Shown: positions 19,582-28,794 of the stretch, in pieces
Position numbering within the stretch: the first letter of the stretch is position 1
Layout: every line of letters begins with the position of its first letter
Virus record (IMG/VR): IMGVR_UViG_3300028862_000012
Coordinates: 1 to 64,000 of that record
Strand: one strand, 5' to 3'
Length of the DNA: 64,000 bases
Notes under the pieces: generated by a model
The model's database searches: none
What the model was told of the DNA's origin: nothing
Seen by the model: only the letters and a program-made list of their open reading frames with translations
Position numbers and translations under genes: made by a program

Positions 19582-19941
19582 TTATGCGTAGTCTATACAT
19601 ACAATTTTATTATCGACAATTCCAAAACTGTCAATTTTATTTTCTATAATATCAGGAAATTTTTAATAACCTGAATAAGTAGTTAACACTTTAGCACGTT
19701 TATAAACATTACACAATCCAGACCTAAATCCAAAAATAGGAACATTTAACATAATTCCATAATCTTTATAAAAGCAATCTGCACAGTCTTTATACTCTAA
19801 TTCATGAATATTTGCAATCATTCCATGTAGTAATCTATACCAAAACCTTCTATATTTAATTCCTTTATAAAAAGTTACTGGAAATTTTATAACATATTTT
19901 CCTATTAATAATACACTACGCGAAGAACCTTGTAAAAGCAT
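19582..19941 (-). pseudogene. minimal protein-kinase-like gene interrupted by an in-frame TAA (19663-19665)
   Basis: GSSRSV...YVIKFP N-lobe; after the TAA the frame continues KFPDIIENKIDSFGIVDNKIVCIDYA (kinase-like IDY motif). Confidence 0.55.
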
Positions 19942-19945
19942 ATAA

Positions 19946-20170
19946 CTAATTACTTAAAATTATATTTTTAATTTCTTCTGCATACGGTTCATCTTGATTA
20001 CAGACAATATAGTTCTGATCTAGCTTTTTTCCTGTAAAACTTTCATAATCAAATTTAAACTGTTCTAAAGCATCTAAAAAATCATCTACTGCCTTTAAAG
20101 AAAAATAATTTAGCTCTTCTAATCTCTTTCGACTAATTACAATAAACTTATTCTCATCAAATTGTTTCAT
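19946..20170 (-). CDS. hypothetical protein
   Basis: YIVCNQDEPYAEEI; packed ORF. Confidence 0.55.
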   Translation of the reverse strand: MKQFDENKFIVISRKRLEELNYFSLKAVDDFLDALEQFKFDYESFTGKKLDQNYIVCNQDEPYAEEIKNIILSN

Positions 20171-20481
20171 TTACTTGTCCTATAACTATTTCTGATTGTT
20201 CTATTAAAATTATACTCAAATAATTTTTCCTTAATTTTCTGAATTATCTTTTCAAACCCTTTATATTTTGTTATTGAAAAACATCCTGTATGTATATTAA
20301 CTTTCCCATACTTGATAATAAAGTTTGGCTTAATTAAATTTCCATCATCATCGAAGTTTGCTACAACTTCATTAGTATTTTTATCATATAAGGCAACTGA
20401 TAATAATTCATTGTCATTTATGGAGTTAGGTATACTTTACTAAAATTTCATTGCAAAGTGCAATACTATTACTCCTATCAA

Positions 20482-20760
20482 TCACCATAAATCCTCACTA
20501 AATAAAGTTTCATAAAATACATCTTTACTAATTTAATTAAAAACTTTAGCATGATCTAAAGCTTCTTCCCTAGTTAAAAACTTTAAATCACTTGTTATAA
20601 ATCCTTGTTCACATTCTTTACACTCTTTCTTTAATGTATCTTCATTCCAATTATTTTCACTGCTCATCATTATATCCCTATAATTTTTAAAGCAATTACC
20701 ATGACGCTTACCTATAAATACATCTCCACGTTTTAGTTTAATTGCAGAAGCTATTATCAT
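20482..20760 (-). pseudogene. paralogue of 20804-21076 with an in-frame TAA at 20533-20535
   Basis: MIIASAIK...GKRH...QGFI...FLTREEA...N*ISKDVFYETLFSEDLW versus paralogue ...KQIKGIEFGELISEDLW. Confidence 0.65.
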
Positions 20761-20803
20761 TAGTTATACTCTTTTATATAATTAATAATTAGTAAACTTT
20801 TTA

Positions 20804-21076
20804 CTACCATAAGTCTTCACTTATAAGTTCACCAAACTCTATACCTTTTATCTGTTTACACTCATAGGCTTCACACTCTGCTTCATCACGAGTTAAAAAA
20901 CGTAAACTACTATTAATAAAACCTTGAGTACAATTCAAATGAAGTTTAAGTAGTTCTTCTTCTGAATATAAACCTGTTTTTCTGTTTAAAGCAATTACAT
21001 TATGAAAACATTCGCAATGACGCTTACCCACATATATTTCACCATTTGTTAATTTAATTGCTGATGCTGTAATCAT
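20804..21076 (-). CDS. hypothetical phage protein (tandem paralogue)
   Basis: MITASAIK...GKRHCECF...QGFI...FLTRDEA...SEDLW. Confidence 0.65.
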   Translation of the reverse strand: MITASAIKLTNGEIYVGKRHCECFHNVIALNRKTGLYSEEELLKLHLNCTQGFINSSLRFLTRDEAECEAYECKQIKGIEFGELISEDLW

Positions 21077-21393
21077 ATACTTTCCTTATCAGATTGTAGA
21101 TTATAATAATTAGTTAAAAACCAATTTACAAGTAAGCTACTCAGTTTTGCTTTCTCTGGTACTATATCAGCTTTAAGTAATTCATTCATCTTAATACTTG
21201 ATCCAGTTAACATTCTTCCTATATTGCCATAAGGGACATAATAAAAAGCATAGTTCAATACAGGATGTTCTTTTATGAATTGTGAAATATCTGCTTTATA
21301 GTTTACATACTTTTTCAAATTATATAACTCTATATATTTATCAAGTTCTTCTTCAGAGTTAATTTGAATAGTAAAATCTATTGGTGGTATCAT
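21073..21393 (-). CDS. hypothetical protein
   Basis: packed ORF. Confidence 0.5.
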   Translation of the reverse strand: MIPPIDFTIQINSEEELDKYIELYNLKKYVNYKADISQFIKEHPVLNYAFYYVPYGNIGRMLTGSSIKMNELLKADIVPEKAKLSSLLVNWFLTNYYNLQSDKESI

Positions 21394-21647
21394 TTATTTT
21401 CTACTTTAACAAGCTTTAATTTTTCATTATCAGTATAATCTAATTTTAGTTTAGATTCTTTAACAAGATAACTTAAAATTAAACTTTCAAATAAATCTCT
21501 AATACTACATAAATTCATATGTTTTAGTTCTTCTAAAGAAGATTCATTTTTGTATATTTCATATCCATACACATTAAAAATTAAAGTAGCATAGTTATTA
21601 ATTAATTCCTCTGACATTTTATCCATGACACTAATACTAATACTCAT
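21390..21647 (-). CDS. hypothetical protein
   Basis: packed ORF. Confidence 0.5.
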   Translation of the reverse strand: MSISISVMDKMSEELINNYATLIFNVYGYEIYKNESSLEELKHMNLCSIRDLFESLILSYLVKESKLKLDYTDNEKLKLVKVENK

Positions 21648-21671
21648 AGTTACCTTCCTTAAAAATAATTA

Positions 21672-21977
21672 TTAATTTACTGCTGTATAGGTAATTTGAC
21701 CGCGCATACTAGGCAAAGTACAATGACATATACCTGTTCCACCATTTTTAGGATTATTAGAACAATTTATACAAGGATCATTGTAATCTATACTGCTTTT
21801 AAACTCTACTGGTATAAAAAACTTTTTATATTCATCAGGAAAAGTAATATCCCATTTAAGTAATTTTCCATTGCTACACTTAGGACAAGTAGGATTATCT
21901 AATTTTTCGGTACTATTCCATTCATAGCCACAATCACCGCACTGATATACATGTACTTTTGTTATTTCCTGCACCAT
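21672..21977 (-). CDS. Zn-ribbon protein
   Basis: CGDCG...CPKC and CINCSNNPKNGGTGICHC. Confidence 0.55.
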   Translation of the reverse strand: MVQEITKVHVYQCGDCGYEWNSTEKLDNPTCPKCSNGKLLKWDITFPDEYKKFFIPVEFKSSIDYNDPCINCSNNPKNGGTGICHCTLPSMRGQITYTAVN

Positions 21978-21987
21978 AATATTTTCC

Positions 21988-22197
21988 TCAACTTAATACA
22001 AAATTAAATTCAATCTTTTCAGATTCAGGAATTATCATTATTTTTAGCACAGTTCCGTCTTCTGATAGTTCATAGCTTGATATGTTTTCATTAAGTACTT
22101 CTAATTCTAAAGTCGTCACTTTATCTGTATAACTTAAACTAATGAGTCTTTCTTTTAGATTTTTAGTATAGTACTTATATTCTTTTTTTGCATTCAT
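21988..22197 (-). CDS. hypothetical protein
   Basis: packed ORF. Confidence 0.45.
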   Translation of the reverse strand: MNAKKEYKYYTKNLKERLISLSYTDKVTTLELEVLNENISSYELSEDGTVLKIMIIPESEKIEFNFVLS

Positions 22198-22553
22198 TTT
22201 TTATTGTGTTCCCATAAAAGTTTACTATCATTATCTGTTTGCATTGCAATTTCATTTACTCTATTTTCATTCTCTTTACTAAAAGTATTTGTTTCATATA
22301 TTTCTTTACATAAAATTAATAAAGAAACCAAACTATTTTCATAAAGATTTTCTTGATAATTTAGACTAAATTTATTTTCTTCAATCTCTTCTTCCAGATC
22401 ATCTATTTCTGATCCTATTTCTTGCAAGTCATCTTTTAAAGTATCACAAAAATCTTCTATAGCTTCATTATTTTCAGCATATTTTTCATTAGTTAAAAAC
22501 TCACTAATAGAATATTTTATTTCCTTAAACATTTCTTCAATTTCTTCTTTCAT
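22194..22553 (-). CDS. acidic hypothetical protein
   Basis: packed ORF. Confidence 0.5.
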   Translation of the reverse strand: MKEEIEEMFKEIKYSISEFLTNEKYAENNEAIEDFCDTLKDDLQEIGSEIDDLEEEIEENKFSLNYQENLYENSLVSLLILCKEIYETNTFSKENENRVNEIAMQTDNDSKLLWEHNKK

Positions 22554-22555
22554 AA

Positions 22556-22822
22556 TTACTCCTGCTCGATAATTACTTTTGTACTAACAGGTAGTTTTTT
22601 TAGAGTACCCAATGCTAAGCTACTCATAGTAAGACTATGCACATTCTGACTATTAAACCAAGTAAATCTTGGATTTGATAAAGAAATAAGTCCAGCATAG
22701 CTATAAATAAGTACACCAGCTTTTAGCTGATCGTCTGATCCACTTTTCCATTCAAATAAATCACCATAGTTAATATCAGAATATTCCGACTTTATATTTA
22801 CTACACTTACTTTACTGCTCAT
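22556..22822 (-). CDS. hypothetical protein
   Basis: packed ORF. Confidence 0.5.
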   Translation of the reverse strand: MSSKVSVVNIKSEYSDINYGDLFEWKSGSDDQLKAGVLIYSYAGLISLSNPRFTWFNSQNVHSLTMSSLALGTLKKLPVSTKVIIEQE

Positions 22823-23166
22823 CTTTTTTTTGTCCCCACATAATAATAATTTCTATATCCAAGAATTGTATCACTTTTTGGACAAAGTTTATTAATCAAT
22901 AATGTTGGATCACCTGCATAATAAGTATTATACCAATCACGTAAAGTAACTATCTTCCAATCATAATTAGCAAATTCATTTTTACCTTTTAGAACAGTAT
23001 AACTTAGCGGGCTTCCATCAAAAGAGGAACTTGAAGAACTACTAAAAGTTTCTGTACGAAATTCCACATATCGTTCATATTCATTTTCCTTTAACTCTGA
23101 AAAGGTTTTAGGAAAACAGCTAGTAAACAAAATACAAATAGAAAGCAATATAATTATTTTTTTCAT
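22819..23166 (-). CDS. putative lipoprotein
   Basis: MKKIIILLSICILFTSC signal peptide with lipobox. Confidence 0.6.
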   Translation of the reverse strand: MKKIIILLSICILFTSCFPKTFSELKENEYERYVEFRTETFSSSSSSSFDGSPLSYTVLKGKNEFANYDWKIVTLRDWYNTYYAGDPTLLINKLCPKSDTILGYRNYYYVGTKKR

Positions 23167-23167
23167 A

Positions 23168-23632
23168 TTATTTATCCCCATCAATCCATTTAGTTACAAT
23201 ATCCTTCCAGTTCTTTTTATACCACCATGAAGCAAAATACTTATTAAAATAAGGACGATTAGTTGAATTAAATAGTTTAGTTGGACGTGTAAGCAAATAA
23301 GTGGAAGGGCGCGCTTTAATAAGCATATCAATATATTCAGATTTTCTATAATCCTTTAAGTAGCTATTATTGAAATATCTAAAGGCAAGATTAATTAATT
23401 CCTGCGTAGCAAGTCCTTCTTTACAGGTTTCTGCTCGACGCTTTTCTTCCATTGAAAAAATAGCTAGTGATCTATTCAAACTTTTGATAGCTTGCTTTTT
23501 ATATAGTGTATATAAGTTGTAAGATTCTTTTGAAGTAAGCTTTTCTTTTTCATTAATTACATACATTGCATTACCTAGAAGATTACCAATCTCTTTTAGA
23601 TTTACTATTTCATTTTCACAAATTGCTTTCAT
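23168..23632 (-). CDS. hypothetical protein
   Basis: SD GGAG and an upstream TTGACT promoter-like site. Confidence 0.55.
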   Translation of the reverse strand: MKAICENEIVNLKEIGNLLGNAMYVINEKEKLTSKESYNLYTLYKKQAIKSLNRSLAIFSMEEKRRAETCKEGLATQELINLAFRYFNNSYLKDYRKSEYIDMLIKARPSTYLLTRPTKLFNSTNRPYFNKYFASWWYKKNWKDIVTKWIDGDK

Positions 23633-23688
23633 AATTTCTCCTTAAATTATATTATACTATTAAATTACTAAAGTCAATTAGTAGAATT

Positions 23689-23725
23689 AAAAAAAGTACC
23701 CCGCAATTAACCTACTGCGGAGTAC
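23689..23725 (-). terminator. intrinsic terminator
   Basis: GTACTCCGCAG-loop-TTGCGGGGTAC followed by T7 on the minus strand. Confidence 0.85.
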
Positions 23726-23798
23726 AAAATTGTTTATCATTATTGATGATAGTTGCCTAAAGGTTTATATTTCAATCTCATATTTATTTACTTCTTAT

Positions 23799-23891
23799 AA
23801 TCCTGCTCTACCACTGAGCTACTATCCAACTAAAAAATCTTAAAAAAATCTTTTAGTTGGATAGATGCGAGTCGAACGCACGACACGGATT
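23799..23891 (-). ncRNA. circularly permuted tRNA-like RNA (3' half 23891-23857, hairpin linker, 5' half 23828-23799)
   Basis: Minus strand reads AATCC-GTGTC-GTGCG TTCGACT CGCAT-CTATCCA, linker, TGGATAG-TA-GCTC AGTGGTA GAGC-A-GGATT; acceptor, D, anticodon and T stems all pair. Confidence 0.8.
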
Positions 23892-24047
23892 TGTAATATA
23901 AATATAGTTTACTATATTTCCTTTTTCTTAGGACTTATTACTGTAGTGGTAATACTCTAATTTTTTGTAACTGTTTGAGAAACAGCCACGGTTTCTAAGA
24001 AGTATGCTACTACTAAAACTGCCACTATTTAAAGACCTGTTACAGTC

Positions 24048-24791
24048 TTAATTCATAATAAAATTAATCAATTCCTTTCCGATTGAAACATCAATTACCT
24101 CTGTTTCATTTGCCTTTTCACGAGTAGACTTTACTTCAAGAATAAGTTCATCCACTTTTGAAAGAATTTTACTCTTATCCAGAGGAGAATACTTTCCACT
24201 CTGATAGTTAGTGGTATATTTTCCTACATTAGTTGTATCATCATGTACAGTGCTGGTAGGAGGAAATTTATCAGTAGCAGGAGTCAACTGCAATACCTTT
24301 TTTACCTTCATTGATCTGAAACGATTTTCAGGAGGTGCAACATAAAGCATCTTTCCTGACGTATCTGATTTACTCCACAAACGAGTAGGATCATAAGTCG
24401 GAACAGTTTTAAGCATATCCCGATACTTTACCAGATATCGTTCCAATGCAATCAAGCTAGTTGAACTAAATGTTCCAAAGGAAACTCCATTTACTTTCAG
24501 TTCTGCTTTTGCATTTCCTGAAGAATTAGTTTCTTCTTTTGCTAATGTTGCGTTCAAAGCTTTAACAAAACTTGTATTTGTATACTCAAGTTTTTCATCA
24601 ACAGTAGTGATAATATTTTTTACTTCATCAGCCAACTCTTCACCATCTTTATCAAAAGGTGCATAGATAATCTGAAATCCATCAAAGTGATCTGACTTCT
24701 TAGTAAACGTAGTAACCGTTTCTTCCATAATGTTATTAGCCTGTTTAGCTAAATCCTGTTCACAAGCAACCAATTGGTGAAGCTTTCCCAT
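24048..24791 (-). CDS. DUF7873-like protein
   Basis: MGKLHQLVACE...TKEETN...AKAELKVNG...LIALE...SGKYSP...LSKVDELILEVKSTREKAN resembles a family recalled from phages and Actinobacteria. Confidence 0.6.
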   Translation of the reverse strand: MGKLHQLVACEQDLAKQANNIMEETVTTFTKKSDHFDGFQIIYAPFDKDGEELADEVKNIITTVDEKLEYTNTSFVKALNATLAKEETNSSGNAKAELKVNGVSFGTFSSTSLIALERYLVKYRDMLKTVPTYDPTRLWSKSDTSGKMLYVAPPENRFRSMKVKKVLQLTPATDKFPPTSTVHDDTTNVGKYTTNYQSGKYSPLDKSKILSKVDELILEVKSTREKANETEVIDVSIGKELINFIMN

Positions 24792-24859
24792 TTTTTCTCT
24801 CCTTACTAAATCTTATTACTTCATATTACTAAAGTTAGTAATAATTGTCAATAACCTGA

Positions 24860-27247
24860 TTATAATTCTTTTACATCTTTATATGTTTCTCCAGAAGCTA
24901 AATAGTCGCAATTAACCCAGCTAAGAGTTGCCTTAGTATCATCAATTTCTATTTGATCATTATGTGTAAAAGCATATTTAACTTTTTCAAAATATAAACC
25001 GTTTGATCTAACATCAAGCGCAATTCTATTACTTAACTTAGCATAATCTAATTCTTTATATTTTAAAGTTTCTTGCCATTTATTAGGTGCATTTGTTTTA
25101 TCATATGTATTAGGCAAAGGCGTAGTACTCCCACCAAAATAAGGATCTGCACCATGCCGTGTTTCATATGTTCGAGATACATAAACAATTTCATTAATAT
25201 CAAATTTCATTTTACGTTGCATATCTACTACATTTCGCATACCAGTATTAGAACGAGTAACATAAGGAAAATTACCCATAAACTGATCTAGTGCTAAACC
25301 TTGAGCACCTTCAAAAATTGCATATTCAAACTCTGGTATTTCAATAATAATGTGATTAAGCATAAAAGTTAAATCATCATAAAATGTTACTTGAAATTCT
25401 TCATTTTTAAATAAGTCATGCGCCCATTCTGGCATTACTTCTTTTAATTGATTATACCAATAGCGATTTATTTCATTAAACTTTTTATCAAATCTTGAAT
25501 CAAAGTTTTGAGAAATAATATAATTTATAGTTTCTTCTCTTTCAATAGTTTCACCAATTCCATAACCACAACTTCCATGTCTTGCTTTTCCACGTAGCTC
25601 TTCTTTAATTTGATTAGCAATCATATCCCATACTGTTGTAATTACGCAATTTGGATTAACATAAATTTTATAATTATCAGGAATTTTTAATTCCTTAAAC
25701 TCTTTTTTAAAAGCAGTAGGATTTAAAATAAAATGTTCTGATAGATATGTGGGAACGTTTGCAAAATAACCAGAACCAATATGAGAAAATACATGACGCT
25801 GACCTTCAGGAGTTACTACCGTATTATGAGAAATTGCACCATTAGCTATATAACTATGGGTACTATCCACTGTCAGATCATAAACATCTTCGATATCAAA
25901 TCCAAGTTCTATGTTTTCAATATCTACAATAAAATATTTTTCACACACTGAAATAATATTTGAAAACTTATTAGAAATAGTATTTTTATTATTCATAATA
26001 AATCCTGTTGTTATTTTATCTGTTTGCTTTCCTTTATTTGAAGACCCCTTAACTTCTTTTAGAATATTTCTTTTATTTGATAGTCCTATAATTAAGTCTT
26101 GACCTGAATTATTTTCATTATATACTTTTCTTTTCTCATTTAGTAAATAATCAAGTCTGTCTCTATGATAAAACGCCTCAAACCCTACTATCTCTTTAAA
26201 CCTCTCTAAGTTAGATAAAGAGCAAATTGTTAACTCATTTTGAGAAATATCAGAATGTATACCAAGAAGGTAAAGTAGCTGTTGGGTTTCTTTAATAAGA
26301 AAATGACTATTATTAAAGAATTTTATTCTTCCATAAATATTTTTACCTTTTGAATAATAAGTTATTCCTCCATCTGTATCAAACAATCCTCTTATATATC
26401 TTGCTATAATTGTTTTAGTACCCTCCATAACAAAATCTGGAGTTCTTTTTTCAGTAAGCTTTTTTAAATAGCATCCATAGGCAGTTAATACATTTAAAAA
26501 GTCTGTTGAATTTATAGTAATGGTTTTGCATTTTACTGATCTTCTATGTTGTTTAATAGTATAACTTAATCCAATTTCAATAGCAAACTGCTCTAACCAA
26601 TCAAGCACATCTTGTTTTATTTCAACATTAACTACTATTACAATTACTTTTTTTACATAATATCCATCCCCATTACATATTCCTATAAACTGTGCTAATT
26701 TTTCAATATTTATTTTTGTTAAATCAACTTTTACTTTATTATGAACAAAATCAGTCAGACTACTAACTTTTTTAATCTTATATTCTTTATTACCAGAATA
26801 AAAATTATATTCTTTTGGAAAGATAAATTGATGAATGTCTTTATTTAAATCAATCGAGCTAACCCATTCTTTATTAGAAGTTAATCCATTCCAAACATAA
26901 TATTTATGTGCATCAGTACATTTAAGTTCTACTCCATTTTTAAGACTTATTTTATTAACTTTTTTATTTTCTTCTTTATATAAAAGTGAAGTATTCTCAA
27001 TTTCTGTATTCATATTTAAAATAGATATACTTTTATTATTTGTTTCATTCCCTACTATATTCCCTAAATACTTTAATCCTGTGTTTGTATAAATAATAGT
27101 ATCTTTTGTCTGACAATGCCCTGCTTGACAACCGCCGTTGAATCTAACCACCATATCAGCATTATGTTTTCTGCAAAGGTAATCAGTCATGAGTCCTTTA
27201 CCTTCATCACCGTAATTGGCCCCTATGCAAATACTAGCCTTTTTCAT
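24860..27247 (-). CDS. purA: adenylosuccinate synthetase-like protein containing an intein
   Basis: [20 protein letters not shown]|[42 protein letters not shown]; likely start MKKASIC. Confidence 0.85.
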   Translation of the reverse strand: MKKASICIGANYGDEGKGLMTDYLCRKHNADMVVRFNGGCQAGHCQTKDTIIYTNTGLKYLGNIVGNETNNKSISILNMNTEIENTSLLYKEENKKVNKISLKNGVELKCTDAHKYYVWNGLTSNKEWVSSIDLNKDIHQFIFPKEYNFYSGNKEYKIKKVSSLTDFVHNKVKVDLTKINIEKLAQFIGICNGDGYYVKKVIVIVVNVEIKQDVLDWLEQFAIEIGLSYTIKQHRRSVKCKTITINSTDFLNVLTAYGCYLKKLTEKRTPDFVMEGTKTIIARYIRGLFDTDGGITYYSKGKNIYGRIKFFNNSHFLIKETQQLLYLLGIHSDISQNELTICSLSNLERFKEIVGFEAFYHRDRLDYLLNEKRKVYNENNSGQDLIIGLSNKRNILKEVKGSSNKGKQTDKITTGFIMNNKNTISNKFSNIISVCEKYFIVDIENIELGFDIEDVYDLTVDSTHSYIANGAISHNTVVTPEGQRHVFSHIGSGYFANVPTYLSEHFILNPTAFKKEFKELKIPDNYKIYVNPNCVITTVWDMIANQIKEELRGKARHGSCGYGIGETIEREETINYIISQNFDSRFDKKFNEINRYWYNQLKEVMPEWAHDLFKNEEFQVTFYDDLTFMLNHIIIEIPEFEYAIFEGAQGLALDQFMGNFPYVTRSNTGMRNVVDMQRKMKFDINEIVYVSRTYETRHGADPYFGGSTTPLPNTYDKTNAPNKWQETLKYKELDYAKLSNRIALDVRSNGLYFEKVKYAFTHNDQIEIDDTKATLSWVNCDYLASGETYKDVKEL
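25823..27115 (-). mobile_element. intein (431 aa) with LAGLIDADG homing endonuclease
   Basis: Starts CQTKDT after GH and ends [21 protein letters not shown] before T; FIGICNGDG and [10 protein letters not shown] motifs. Confidence 0.9.
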
Positions 27248-27330
27248 ATTCAACCTCATCATCTATATATTAATTTAAGCATATTATCAAATTAAAAGGC
27301 AAAGTATTTTTGTACTACTTTGCCTTTGTA

Positions 27331-28197
27331 TTAAAGCATCATTTCTGATTCTTTTTCAGGATCTTTTTCTTTGTCTACACTCTGCTCTGACTGTACTGAA
27401 TTATCATTTTTCTGTTCATCTTTAACAATTCTAGCAACAGTTTCAGCAATTTCAGCATAAGATGAAAGAACGATTAAATCATCTCCCATTATCTGCTTCC
27501 AGCCATCTTGAGTAGACTGTCTACTTCCAGCAGAAGTTTCAGTTAAATGAATATGTTTAACATTGTACATCTTTCTAGCAGAAGCTAACAATTCACTTGC
27601 AGTAGTATCTGAAGCTTGACCAGTTCCAAAAATGTTTTTGATGCTATAACTAGGAAGATTCTTTAGTGTTGGTTCATCACCGATAGTAAAAAGAAATCCT
27701 TTTTTATTTCTTTTTTCAAAAGAATCAATTAAAGTATGATCTGATGCATACTTCCAAGCTAATAGATAACTCTCTCCTGCATTTCCACCACCATTACCTT
27801 CAAGATAAATAGATTTTAGCCATTTATCCATAAGCTGATCATCTGATTCAAACTGACCTACTTGAAGTGGAGCCTTGTCACATTCATGATCACCTATTCC
27901 CATGAACAAAACTTGAGCATCTTTAATTCCTGCATCAAATAGGGCTTGCATCATTTTTGACATTTCGTTTCTAATAAAACGATCTGGTACATATCCCATA
28001 GATCCAGTTTCATCAAGTGCAATAATAATTGGAATGGTTGAAGGATGATCAGAGCTATCTCTACATTCACGTACAGTGTTAGCAGGATTCATCAGACTAT
28101 CAATAGATCGTTTGTCAAAAATCTGAGCTGTTGATTTAGATATATAAGCGGCTGATCGACTTGATGAAGCACTAAAATCATATCCACCGACTCCCAT
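27331..28197 (-). CDS. von Willebrand factor A domain protein
   Basis: IIIALDETGSMG (MIDAS-like), GIGDH, GGG..GESY, FTIGDE. Confidence 0.8.
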   Translation of the reverse strand: MGVGGYDFSASSSRSAAYISKSTAQIFDKRSIDSLMNPANTVRECRDSSDHPSTIPIIIALDETGSMGYVPDRFIRNEMSKMMQALFDAGIKDAQVLFMGIGDHECDKAPLQVGQFESDDQLMDKWLKSIYLEGNGGGNAGESYLLAWKYASDHTLIDSFEKRNKKGFLFTIGDEPTLKNLPSYSIKNIFGTGQASDTTASELLASARKMYNVKHIHLTETSAGSRQSTQDGWKQIMGDDLIVLSSYAEIAETVARIVKDEQKNDNSVQSEQSVDKEKDPEKESEMML

Positions 28198-28548
28198 TTA
28201 CTTGCTCCCAAAAAGATAATCAAAGCGTTCTTTCGCAATTTCAAGTTTGATTGTCTCATTGCGAATTTTAACAGCAATAGAAAGATCTTTGTCTACGTAA
28301 CTTGTAGAATCAAAATCAGAAGCAAGTACTAAACTTGTTGAATCAGAAGGAGATAAATCAAGCATATTTTCTTGTTCTCTCTTCATCTTTTTCAAAGACA
28401 ATTCAAGATCTTCGATTGTCCGTTTGTACAATACTTCTGTATCTTCGGAAATAGCGGCGGCACGATCAGCCCGGATCTTTGTGTTATTGCGTTGAAGTGA
28501 AACCTGAAATGCACCTAGTTCTTTTTCATCAGACATTGGATACCTCAT
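28198..28548 (-). CDS. hypothetical coiled-coil protein
   Basis: Abuts the vWA gene; LQRNNTKIRADRA...LDLSP. Confidence 0.6.
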   Translation of the reverse strand: MRYPMSDEKELGAFQVSLQRNNTKIRADRAAAISEDTEVLYKRTIEDLELSLKKMKREQENMLDLSPSDSTSLVLASDFDSTSYVDKDLSIAVKIRNETIKLEIAKERFDYLFGSK

Positions 28549-28682
28549 CTTTTACTTCAACTGGTTCTACAGTAGCTTCACTTTTTTCAGTGACTACTTC
28601 TTTCTCAATAATTTCTTCTGCTGGCATTCCCATATTGTCTCCTTTTATTTAATGAAGAATAGAGTCTTCAGCTCTTTATTTA

Positions 28683-28753
28683 CTCGGACGGAAGAACTCG
28701 AATCCTCATGGACGGGATCAAAACCCGTAATCCTACCATTAGATGACATCCGA
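28683..28753 (-). tRNA. tRNA-Gln(UUG)
   Basis: Acceptor TCGGATG/CGTCCGA, anticodon arm ACGGG TTTTGAT CCCGT, T loop TTCGAGT; no encoded CCA. Confidence 0.85.
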
Positions 28754-28794
28754 AAGTACTTAATAAGTTTACTATACTAATTCTTTTGTGTCAA

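Noticed and set aside
23799-23891. Two-piece tmRNA
   Set aside because: It has a full D stem, no G3:U70, no CCA and no convincing tag ORF; tmRNA lacks a D stem.
24860-27247. PurZ / 2-aminoadenine genome
   Set aside because: The motif is GDEGKG (PurA-type Asp), not the Ser variant of PurZ, and no clear DatZ/MazZ cluster is adjacent.
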